Part shown: piece by piece, positions 36,896-47,689 of the stretch
Position numbering within the stretch: the first letter of the stretch is position 1
How the letters are laid out: each line of letters opens with the position of its first letter
Source of the DNA: Octopus sinensis
Taxonomy: Eukaryota
Direction of reading: 5' to 3'
Length of the DNA stretch: 64,000 bases
Assembly (NCBI RefSeq): GCF_006345805.1
Contig: NC_043006.1
Span: 28,954,001 to 29,018,000, forward strand
Made by a program: the position numbers and the translations under genes
The notes under the pieces: model-generated
Told to the model about the DNA's origin: nothing
Seen by the model: the letters and a program-made list of their open reading frames with translations, nothing else
The model's database searches: none

Positions 36896-38469
36896 TTTAA
36901 ATCTTAACTTTTTTTTATATAATTCCTCTTTCTACCATGGGAAATTTCTCTGAAATTTTATCACTAAGAAACAAAACCAGCCAGTATGGGATTTTTGTTG
37001 AAACTCATCCCCAATCCACTTCTAGGCCATATTGAAGCGTTTATGTAAAAAAATTTTATCAAAGGATATGTGCAAAAAAGAGTTTGTGTGAGAATTGGCT
37101 GTTATCTCTAGCATGTGGATAGACTGCGTGAAGGCTTATTTAATGTACAGGAGCATTTCTGAAAACCTTTTTCACATGTCCACCCATCTTCACACCACTT
37201 CCAAAGTTTCACTTTTAGTGTAGCAGTCAATACATGTACAATGGCAAAAAGGGTTTCAAAACTTCGTGTTTATACCATACACTGCAGGGGGAGGGGTGGG
37301 TAATTTTTAAATTTTTTAATTGAAATTTTACAAATATTTTTGGCAATTTTTTCCAGAATCATAATCTCTGTATGTTTACACATATTTTGCTAAAAAAAAA
37401 GGTAAAAAAAAATTCTGAAAAAAGTAAAAAAAAAATGCAGAAATTGTGAGGAGGTGGGGAAATTGAAATTTTGAAATGCCGATTTTTGCCAATGTTTTTT
37501 TTTCAGATTTGTAATCTCCATACCCGAACATGGGGAGTTCAGTAAAAAAGAAAAAAAATGAAATGAAGAATAATCCAGTATCTCTTCTGAATTCTTAAAA
37601 TAACTGACAAGTAACAACTCTCTTGACTTTAGGAGTTTCGATGGTGTATTTGTTTGAATTTTTAACCCCACTTTCGGTGTGTGTGTGTAATTAAATTTTC
37701 TGTGACTTGGTCAAGTGGAAGAGCAGTGCTCATGACCTTTGCTGGTTATTTCGTGTATATGTTCACAAACACACACGAACACTATCTTTTAGTGACTGCA
37801 GTGTCAATGGATTTTGTATACGGTGATTAATTAGTGCATGTTTTTCTGTTATATATAACTTATCTGACTGTCAGTAAGGAAGATAGAGAATGAGAGGGTG
37901 AATAAAGAGACAGAGACACAAGCAGAAAGGAACATTGGGAGTGTAAATGGAGAAGGGGACATAGAGAGCTACAGAGGGAGAGAGAAAAATGCCCAAAATG
38001 CATTATCATATCTGACGTCACTTGTGTGAATATTGTATGCTGTAGTATGTATTTGCTTGTTGGGCTTATAATGCAAAGTTGTGTTAATCATTAGTCTTTT
38101 TTGCCCTTAGGTTAACCATGTTTGTGCAGATTTATAAAGCTTTCCAGCTGTGACCACCCCTTTTATTTCCCTGTATGCAGTGAACCCAAGACCATAGGCC
38201 CATATTATCCAGCACAGCCAGATGTATTTGTGGAAAATTTAATTGATGTTTCTAGCAGGTTGAGCAACCATGTAGAATCTCTCTTATAACTCTTGTATAT
38301 ATAATGTAAAATGTGTGTTTGTTGTGTTATTGTTCTTCTGTAAGCCCAGCCCTAATGTAACTATCCAAACTTCTGATTAAATTTGAGATGAGGCTACAAC
38401 TTATTCCAGTTGTAACCATTCCATCATTCTCCTGCGTGCAGGACACATGATGAAGTCAGTAGTTACATG

Positions 38470-38687
38470 AATATTTTCTTCTCTAGACACAAGGCCCAAC
38501 ATTTTGGGGGAGGGGGTCAGTCGATTAGATCGACCCAGTATGCAACTGGTACTTAATTTATCAACCCCTGAAAGGATGAAAGGCTAAGTTGACCATAACA
38601 GAATTTGAACTCAGAACGTAAAGACAGACGAAATACCACTAAGCATTTTGCCCAACATGCTAACATTTCTGCCAGCTCACCGCCTTA
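38470..38687 (-). mobile_element. SINE family A variant, flanked by TSD-like agttacatgaatatt / agttacacaaatatt
   Basis: Reverse complement of the head taaggcggtgagctggcagaa; CpG-decayed. Confidence 0.9.
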
Positions 38688-38829
38688 AAGTTACACAAAT
38701 ATTATCACCTTAATACACCTCCTTAAATAGATGTTGCTCACGAGAGCCTTGCTGTTGTCTCACGCATGGCAAACATGGTTGTAGGCGAGATCTTGCACGA
38801 AATGGTGCTGACTTCTTGTGTCACGCTAC

Positions 38830-38935
38830 AAATGCTTTCTCCAAATCAACAAAAACCAGGTAAAGCAGTTTATTCTTAGCCAGGTTTTTCTCCTGCAGTT
38901 GTTACAGTAGGAAGATTAGATCTTTTTCCACAGAC
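38830..38935 (-). mobile_element. RTE RT fragment
   Basis: IFLL*QLQEKNLAKNKLLYLVFVDLEKAF. Confidence 0.85.
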
Positions 38936-39149
38936 AAAAGCTAAACTGCATCTTAGTAGCTAACCAGTTTTTTAAATCAGAATCTACAATGAAAATCTAA
39001 CATTTTTGGTGAAAATCACAAATAAAATTAACACCAGTGATTATAGTCATAGCAGTTTTAAAAACTGTAAAGCTGACCTTTAAGAACTTTGCTCAGATAA
39101 AATTATGTATATTGAAACAATTTAAGACTGGCTATCTATTAGAACTCTT

Positions 39150-40320
39150 ATATGTTGAGGATTCAGTCCTTATAGCCAAATCTATAGGGGAATTAGAAGA
39201 AACTCCAGGTATGGAAGCTAAATCTGAAATCTGGCAGAAAGACAGAACCCTAGTAATTTCAGGAAGATGACTATATTCAATATGTAGATAAGCAGTAGGT
39301 AGAAATTCCATATGCTGTACTCAATGTAAGCTATAGATACCTAAAATGTGTAATGGAATTATTGGCAGACTATCCGAGAATGTAAGCTTCATACACAGTA
39401 GATGCACTGAAGCAGTATGTATGGGTCTTGGGAATCCCCAGATGGTTCATTACGAGTAGTTGATAAATTAGCAAGTGAAGTGGCTTCTCTGAAGTATAGT
39501 TGCTAGAGTAAGAACAAGTTGAAAAAAGTTCAAGAAGTTACAACCACTGTAGACAACAAAGATATTTTCCCTAAGAGTGAATGGTAGATTGTATGATACT
39601 TTTGTTAGAACTGCAATGTGGCATGGTAGTGAGACATAGGCTTTGAATGTAGTGGTCTTGAGAAGACTGCAAATCCAGCAGAGCATGCTTACTTCATTTC
39701 CTTCTAATGTGCATGGAAGAATTGGTACAAAGATGCTAAGGGAAAAACTGTGCATAAGAGGAATCAGATGTTGTATTCAAAAAAGAAAACTGCACTAAAT
39801 GGACATGTGATGCACATCCATTCTTGTCTCATCCACTTTTCAACCTTACCCACTTTGACAGCTTGCCTTCTTACCCTCACCCACCTTTTCAATCTTGTAA
39901 ACCAATTATTCAAGTCAACTTGTTTCTTGTAGGGCCACTTGGTCATCTTATCACCATTATAAGTCGTGCATCTCCTACTGACCATTTTCTTTTCCTTCCC
40001 TTCCTTCTGTAAATAGTCATACAGATCATTCTGCAGGAATCTGCTCTACTGTCCACTCATACCGTAACCCTCTTATCCCCTAGCATGAAGCTGCCACCTA
40101 CCACTCCCTGGGCTTGTAGTCCTGTGAACTGCATGGTGACCTCAGTAATGCAGGTGGCACGCAAAATGTATCCATTCACAGTGTACAGTGCTTGATTTTT
40201 AGGAAGGGCATCCAACCATAAAACCCATGCCAAAACAGACAATTGGAGCATGATGCAGTCCTTGGTCACATTGGATCCTATCAAACCATCCAACCCATGC
40301 CAACATGGATGTTAAAGGAC
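39150..40320 (+). mobile_element. Decayed RTE-LINE 3' half
   Basis: LLYVEDSVLIAKSIGELE (YADD region), ggcatggtagtgagacatagg, and the 3' tail caacccatgccaacatgga. Confidence 0.75.
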
Positions 40321-42049
40321 AATGACCATGAATTATTTACTCAATGTTTCCTTATTCTAAATATGAAGGAAATAGCCTTTGTGTGTCTGCATATTCACAT
40401 AAATATTTATACTCGCTCATGCATGAAAGTGATAGAATAGTAACTTACAGAACAGGTAAGTTAACAAAATATTATAGATTAGGAAGAATATTAACTGAGA
40501 ATGTTGTTCAAGGGAAAATTGAATCTGATTGATGGATTGTCTTGTCTAATAGTGTTCTTTGTTTCTGGGGTGTATGGTAAGCTGGTTATTGGAGTATAGT
40601 TGGTTGGATTTCTATAATTGAAAAGGACGTCTATTTAACTGTACATATTTGTACATGTACATATCTATATAGGTGTATTTTATTAATATATGTGGAGATG
40701 TGTGTGTATTCACACACACACACACACATTTTATGTTGTTGTTAACTTCAATTTCATTAATACCTCACTAGTCTAACAATCATCAAACTTGAATTGTTCA
40801 CCTATAAATTGATGATGTAACGTGAAAGAAATTTTACAGGTGTTCTGAATGTTTCTTAGGATTAAGAAAAAAAAGTTAACTGGGCCTTGTTCATTATTAC
40901 ATACCAATTTGCACAACCTGCTACAATTGGTCGCCATATCCAGATCCCCGTTAACAGTATTATAGACTTCCTGGTATACACAACCATGAGGCCCCTGCAT
41001 ACACAACAAGAGATACATAATCATTGGGCTTCCAGACTTATGTGGCTCCTGAGCTCTGTGTGCCCATATCCTAAGGTGGCACTGTCCAAATCTTCCCTAT
41101 AACACATCTTCCCATCTTAAAAATAGGAATAACACATAGTTGAAAAAATAATGATTAATGCTTTTAACTTTTGTGTATGCTTGAACAGGGGCTAAACAAT
41201 GTGTATCCATAAAGGTGAAAAAATTCACACATACTAATACATTGATTTATTAATGAGTTAGGTCATATATAAATATTTTTCCTTAATTACAGTAACAAAT
41301 TAAAGAGACTATCTTCACTCTGAATAATTATAATGGGAAACAAACTCAAGTTGTTTGATTAGTATACATGGATGTTGTAGATATTGACTTAAAAACAATT
41401 CAGAAGACCAGTTGGTCATTTTTGATAATGACTTAAATTAGGTTAGTTACAAGTGAATCACAGGTCAAACCAAATGTTCTCTGTGCTACAGGCTGTATTT
41501 GAAGACATGATAGATTTGTATAAATGTAATGTAAAGCCTTACAAAATTTTTACAAATGTTTATCTTGGAAAATGTTATTCAGAATTTTATACACAAATAC
41601 GGTTAATAAAACAAGATTAGAAATATGACCGTCCCCAAGTATAACAATATCTGTTTCAACGTGATTTCACATAAAGAATCTTGTAAAACAAATACATAAA
41701 TGTAATAAGGTAAGCAATAGATTTCTGTATACATTTCTGAACATTTAGCTTTAAAATAGCTTTTTTTAAAACTTCCTGTGAACTGATCTCCAGTTCTCTG
41801 TCTCCAGTACTCTGAGTTAAAAAATATTGAGAGCCTCTAGCTTAAAAATCGGTGCCAATTTGAAGAGCCAACTGCAATAAACATTGATATAAATATATAT
41901 TCGAAATGTAATTCTTCCCTTCTTATATAGCAGTAGTCTAAAACTTAATCTGACTGAAAAGTTGATCAAGTTGCAACAGAGTATGAGACTTCATTTAGTC
42001 AAATTTTTCTAGCTGAAAATGAACTTCATCTTATTAACTTCTGTTGTAA

Positions 42050-42300
42050 AAGTAGTTGTTGTCTCCTTAGCTGAACAAAGCTATGATCAAAGGCACACCA
42101 GTCGTGACGATCCTGTCCCTTCTTTAGATATAGAATTACATTGTCTAGGAGGGTAATAGAGATCTGGACTGCTACTTCTAATAAGCTAAGTGACCATGTA
42201 GTCTTCATTGTGGACTTGCAGAACCACTAGACAGCAACAGTGATCACTGTTTGGAATAGTATTTAAGCAGGGCTATAGGTATCATTGATGGTGACTAGTT
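42050..42300 (-). mobile_element. Possible ancient L1/Tx1 RT remnant
   Basis: PIALLK...LLDNVILYL...CAFDHSF weakly matches RPIALLN...DN...KAFDRV. Confidence 0.35.
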
Positions 42301-42898
42301 TCAGCAAGATCTTTTGCGTGAGATTCTTCGAACCAAGTCAACTGGTAGGAAATCTAGGGCTAGACCAATCTGGTTGGATAATATTCATTATCATAGTTCA
42401 TCATGCTTGGGAATCCAGCTGTTATATGTAATGACAGTTGTTCTTGATAGGATCCTATGTAAGGGGTGCTTGAGGGTTGTACTCCCACAACCCTCCCAGC
42501 AATAGTAGGTGAAGGTGGGTGATTACTTAATTGTCTTGAATATGTCTTACACAACAGCTTTTATATGTTGGTAGATAAATATCTTAAAAGCTCATGAAAG
42601 CCACTGTCATTGTGTTGAAGTGCTGCTAAGTCTTACCCTCTGGAGGATTTAAACTCACCACTTGAAGTGCAAAAACACTAAACAATTATAGTTCCTGTAG
42701 TACTTTTATCAGAAGTCGGTGCTCCAGCATGGCCACAGTCACATGACTGAAACGAGTAAAGAGATTCTCAATGCACCTATTACATCTTACTGGTTTGTGA
42801 GTACCATTACCATAGTAAACTGGCTGAACTCACCATAAATATAAATGTTGCTTCCCTTTTCTCCTCACTACAGTCTGTAGAGTTGCTATGCCCAACTT

Positions 42899-42930
<32 letters not shown>

Positions 42931-42974
42931 ATATATCTATATATATATATATAATATATATATATATAAAGTGC

Positions 42975-43710
42975 CCTGAGAAAAATGTTGGGCATAAGAA
43001 GCATCGGATGCAGCATGCAGGAGAGACGTTTGCCTTGGTATGGTCATGTACTATGGATGGATGAGGAGAGATGTGTGAAGAAGTGCCACTCCCAAACTGT
43101 TGAAGGAATCCGGGGTAGAGGTAGATCCAGGAAGACATAGGACGAGGTGGTCAAGCATGACCTTCGTACGTTGAGCCTCACAGAGGCTATGACGAAAGAC
43201 CGAGACCTCTGGAGATATGCTGTGACTTCGATGACCCGACAAATGAAGTGAGTCCATGGCTCGCAAGACGGCCTACTGTGCTAACCTTGGATCGTAGAGT
43301 GACCTGCTGTTCTTGAGGAAACCTATTGAGTCAAGTACGTTAGCACCAACATCAAAATGAAAATCAAATGGAAATTGTATTTAAGATACCCGTGCCGGTG
43401 ACATGTTAAAAGCACCATCCAAACGTGGCAGTTGCCAGCGCCGCCTAACTGGTGTCCGTGTCGGTGACATGTAAAAGCACCAACCGATCGTGGCCGTTTG
43501 CCGGCCTCGTCTAGCCCCTGTGCCAGTGGCAAATAAAAAGCACCCACTACACTCATGGAGTGGTTGGCTTTAGGAAGGACATCCAGTTGTAGAAACACTG
43601 CCAGATCAGACTGGAGCCTGGTGCAGCCTCCTGGCTTCCCAGACCCCAGTCGAACCATTCAACCCATGCTAGCATGGAAAACGGACATTAAACGATGATG
43701 ATGATATATA
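42975..43710 (+). mobile_element. RTE-LINE 3' end
   Basis: RLPWYGHVLWMDEERCVKKCH...RGRSRKT; tail catgctagcatggaaaacggacattaaacgatgatgatg. Confidence 0.92.
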
Positions 43711-43859
43711 TATGCACACACACACACAATGATTTTAGAATTAACCCTCTGTCTCATTACCAATGCCAGTGGTATATGAAAAGCATCCTTCGAACACTGG
43801 GTCTCATGGAGGTAATAAGCGACTGAGACCTTTGGCCGTGGCACTTTGTCTTGGCCTTT

Positions 43860-45069
43860 CATTGCTTAAGATCTTAGTTTGTTGATACAAGGTATTCATA
43901 TGAAGTTTCCTGGTTAGTTCTTCAGCTTCTTGTGCAATGTTGTCTTGCCACATTTCCTCATCTCTTTTAATCTATCCTTTCTCTATACCTTAAGGCATCC
44001 ATACATCAATGTCTCTGAATTTTATCTTTGGATTAATGAATGGTGTAATTGACCTCTAAGCTTGTGCTCTGCTTTCATTCAAGTGCATTATACTTCCTTC
44101 TCTTTCCTGGCTAGGAACCACTGCCTCTCCAAGGTTTTGTGAATTCCCCTAAGTGTTTGAATTTTCTATAAGTTTTTTCCAGGATCAAGTGATTAACCCA
44201 ATTCCAAACCTTCAAAACCTTCCATAGATCTTAAATATTTCCTTCTTCTAATCCAATAAGTTTCCAAACTTCTTGACCAATTCTGGTTTTGTTTTCTTTT
44301 TCTTATATCCTAGTAATTCCTTTGCCATGTCACTGTATGCTTCCTCCATTTAGGTATTCATGGTCAGGCTGAAGTATCTCTTGATTTTTATCCTTCAGTT
44401 TGTTTATCATTTCTCACTTCTTGATGCTCTCTTCAATTTCAGTCTGATGCTTGACTTCACCAAGCAGTGATCACTAGCAATGTCTGCTCCTCTTTCTACT
44501 CTGTCTCAGACTGAGGACCTGATCTTTTTGTTAATGAGCATTCTTTTGCCATTAAGTGACACCTGTATCTGTTTGCGTATCCTTTTGTGCACAAATTATA
44601 TTCCTGTAATGATGAGCTAATTCATGGTGCAGAATTCACAGACCTTACTGTTCTCATTCCATTTCCCTTCACCATTGCTGCCCATCACTTCATGGTAAGG
44701 ATCCAGATCATTGCCAACCATTACTTTGAAATCACTTGTTATGACTAGTATGTTGTGTCTGTGTACTTCTTCTATTGACTTTGCTCTGTTGGTGGGTTTG
44801 TATGCATGGATGACACTATCAACTTGATATGTCTGGAATAAAACCTCACACTGATGATTCTCTCATTGACTGATGACAAATCAATTAGTAATTCAATTTC
44901 ATTCTTGGACAAGAATCCAAGATGGTCTCCCTGGTTGTGAACTGTTATGCCAGAACACTTCCATTTACTCTCATTATTTCCTAATATCTCAATATTCGTT
45001 TTTCCCTCTCTGGTGATCTGGCTGCTTTACCAGCTGTATGCATACTTCTCGCATTTCAGTTCCCTATGA
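43860..45069 (-). mobile_element. Decayed RTE-type LINE endonuclease/linker region
   Basis: Minus strand LKCEKYAYSW...VNERIISVRF...LIVSSMH... follows the APE domain layout, with many stops. Confidence 0.6.
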
Positions 45070-45275
45070 TGAATTTTATCTTTGGATTAATGAATGGTGT
45101 AATTGACCTCTAAGCTTGTGCTCTGCTTTCATTCAAGTGCATTATACATCCTTCTCTTTCCTGGCTAGGAACCACTGCCTCTCCAAGGTTTTGTGAATTC
45201 CCCTAAGTGTTTGAATTTTCTATAAGTTTTTTTTCAGGATCAAGTGATTAACCCAATTCCAAACCTTCAAAACCT
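44016..45275 (+). repeat. Near-identical 205-bp direct repeat (44016-44220 and 45070-45275)
   Basis: Copies differ only at tacttcc/tacatcc and in one T-run region. Confidence 0.95.
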
Positions 45276-46397
45276 GAAGGGGTTTGGTTTTCCTGGGACA
45301 ATTGCAGTACTAGCCACTCTCATGAGCTCATTCTGCTTGGAATTTGAAATCAGTTTCATTCTTCTATGATGTTTTATGGCTTCCCAGCCTGACCAGCTTA
45401 GCTTATGATTCCCCTCAAAAGGGATGCTGAGAAGTTGTCTTGATATCCCATTGGTCATTTGTACCCCTACCATGTTAGTTATGATTAAGGTTGTGTTCAC
45501 CCTGATTTTTGTCCCAAGGGAACACCATATTGATGTGACATGGAGTGTGACTACAGAGTTCACCCCTGTCTAGGTACTGAGCACCCTAAATCCATAGCTT
45601 TTACTGGGGCATAACACTCACTCATTTGTGACTGCTTAAAAACTATCAAATCAAAAATAAAGCTTCTCGCCAACTTTGAGTGGATACAGCTACCATTGGT
45701 TTGATGGAATTTCTCTGTGGGTAAATTGTAAGAAAATGTAAAGAAAACCATATTTCATTGCAGGCCTACATATTCAGATAATCTTTGGTTGAATTAATTT
45801 TGCTTGACATTTCTGCAAAACATGCTAATGCTGGAAAATGTTGTCACCCTTATGGTCAGTAGAATTTGTATGTATATTATCAAGTGATAATAAATGGATT
45901 GCTTTGTTTTGTAAGTGTTAAATGACTTAGACAAAATCATATATTTACTCAGTGTATGAAGGATATATTTACCTAGTATATGGCTAAGATTGTACAAATG
46001 TCTAAATGGAATATATTAAATAAACCTCCATGTGTTACATTACCATTTGACAAATATAGCCTGTGAACTCTTCTTGTGTACTGTGGTACTTACCATTAAA
46101 AGCAATTTATTGTAAGTATATTTCTGCTACTTGCTAAATGTTTCACAACAATGCTTTATTTATTTCGTAAATTTTTCTTCCACAATTGTGTACTGCTGAT
46201 AATCATGCGCCATATATAAAATTCTTATGTTGCATATTAGCAAATAGTAATGTTTTTCTGTCTTAGGAAATTTTAGTGGGTTGGTTACACAAGTATTGTT
46301 CCCTACTGTCCTTACCAATTAATTCATTGCTAGATTTGATTTCAGTGTTATGAATTAACTAAATATTATCATCTCTCCACTGCTTATTACCTGGACC

Positions 46398-47260
46398 TAA
46401 GAAGCATCAGTTGTGGTGTGCAAGAGAGACGTTTGCGCTGGTATGGTCATGTGGCGAGAATGGATGAAGATAGTTGTGTGAAAAAGTGCCACACCCTAGC
46501 GGTTGAGGGAACCTGTGGAAGAGGCAGACCCAGAAAACTGGGACGAGGTGGTGAAGCACGACCTTCGAACTTTAGGTCTCACTGAGGAAATGACTAGAGA
46601 CCGAGACCTCTGGAAGTGTGCTGTGCGCGAAAGACCCGGCAGGACAAGTGAGTCCATAACCCGTGGCCTTCTACATGGGATGGAGCCAGCCTACGTATGC
46701 ATACCTTCCCTTCTTGGGACACAAAACTCTACTTGTGAAGACGTGATGAGGCAAGTGAGGATCAGAATCGAAATCGATCAATGGAAATTGCGGATGTGCT
46801 ACCAGTGCCGGTGGCATGTCAAAACTCTGCTTGTGAAGACCCGTTGAGGCAAGTGACGATCAGAATCGAAATCGATCAATGGAAATCGATCAATGGAAAT
46901 TGCAGATGTGTTACCAGTGCGGTGGCATGTAAGAGAACTTTCCGTTTCGCGACCGTTGCCAGCACCGCCCCGTTTCGTGTCCGTTGCCAGCCTCGCCTGG
47001 CCCTCGTGCCGTGGCACATAAAAAGCACCATCCGTTCGTGGCCGTTTGCCAGCTCTGTCTGGCACCAGTGCGGGTGGCACGTAAAAAGCACCCACTACAC
47101 TCACGGAGTGGTTGGCGTTAGGAAGGGCATCCAGCCGTAGAAACACTGCCAGATTTGACTGGGCCTGATGAAGCCTTCTGGCTTCACAGACCCCAGTAGA
47201 ACCGTCCAACCCATGCTAGCATGGAAAACGGACGCTAAACGATGATGATGATGATGATGA
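46398..47260 (+). mobile_element. Young RTE-LINE 3' end with a ~100-bp tandem duplication in the 3' UTR
   Basis: RRLRWYGHVARMDEDSCVKKCHTLAVEGTCGRGRP; CpG-rich; (GAT)n tail; ctct.cttgtgaagac...ggtggcatgt duplicated at about 46727 and 46826. Confidence 0.95.
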
Positions 47261-47689
47261 TATACTTACCCATGTAGCCTATTTACAGCTAGGTGGACCT
47301 GGGTCATTGAAAATTATCTTTTTCAAGGAGCATAACTCACTTATTACCTGACACTTTACACACTTAACCATCTACCTCTGATTTTTCTGTATATTTTGTC
47401 AGTGTTTTTTGAAATGGTTAGAATCAAGAATCCGCTAACTATATAACCAATCTTGTGCTGACTACTTCAATTTATTTGTGTATTTTATTTATTTATTTTG
47501 CTGTAAGTGAATTTAAACAGTGGTCTATTGATTGTTGAATGAATTTTCTGTTCTTTTACTCTTTGACCATGAAGTGTTTCAATGGATAAAATGAATCTAC
47601 TCTGAGAATAGAATTGATGTAATTTATATATTTCGTTTTTTGGATTTGGTTTGCAAGATTCTTTATATGAGTTCGTATGTTGAAGCATA

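Larger units (their letters stand above)
34925..37550. repeat. Long diverged inverted repeat (arm A 34925-35660; arm B 36505-36681 plus 37066-37550)
   Basis: Collinear reverse-complement blocks, e.g. ggagattatgaatctgaaaaa / ttcagatttgtaatctcca, cagtctatccacatgctaga / tctagcatgtggatagactg, atatgagtaccgaaataaca / tgttatttcggtactcatat. Confidence 0.9.

Noticed and set aside
38013-38020. Perfect CRE palindrome TGACGTCA
   Set aside because: A single 8-mer in 64 kb with no supporting promoter context.
38731-38859. Resemblance of the peptide to AKAP amphipathic helices or the Sgf11 N-terminus (EI..EMV..SC)
   Set aside because: Low-information helix patterns, and the segment is at least partly antisense RTE; no gene name assigned.
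40451-40461. Perfect donor ACAG|GTAAGT, possible microexon
   Set aside because: No clear acceptor choice or supporting coding signal; expected by chance in 64 kb.
42071-42152. Plus-strand exon candidate EQSYDQRHTSRDDPVPSLDIELHCLG
   Set aside because: It overlaps a probable antisense L1-type RT remnant and has a weak donor.
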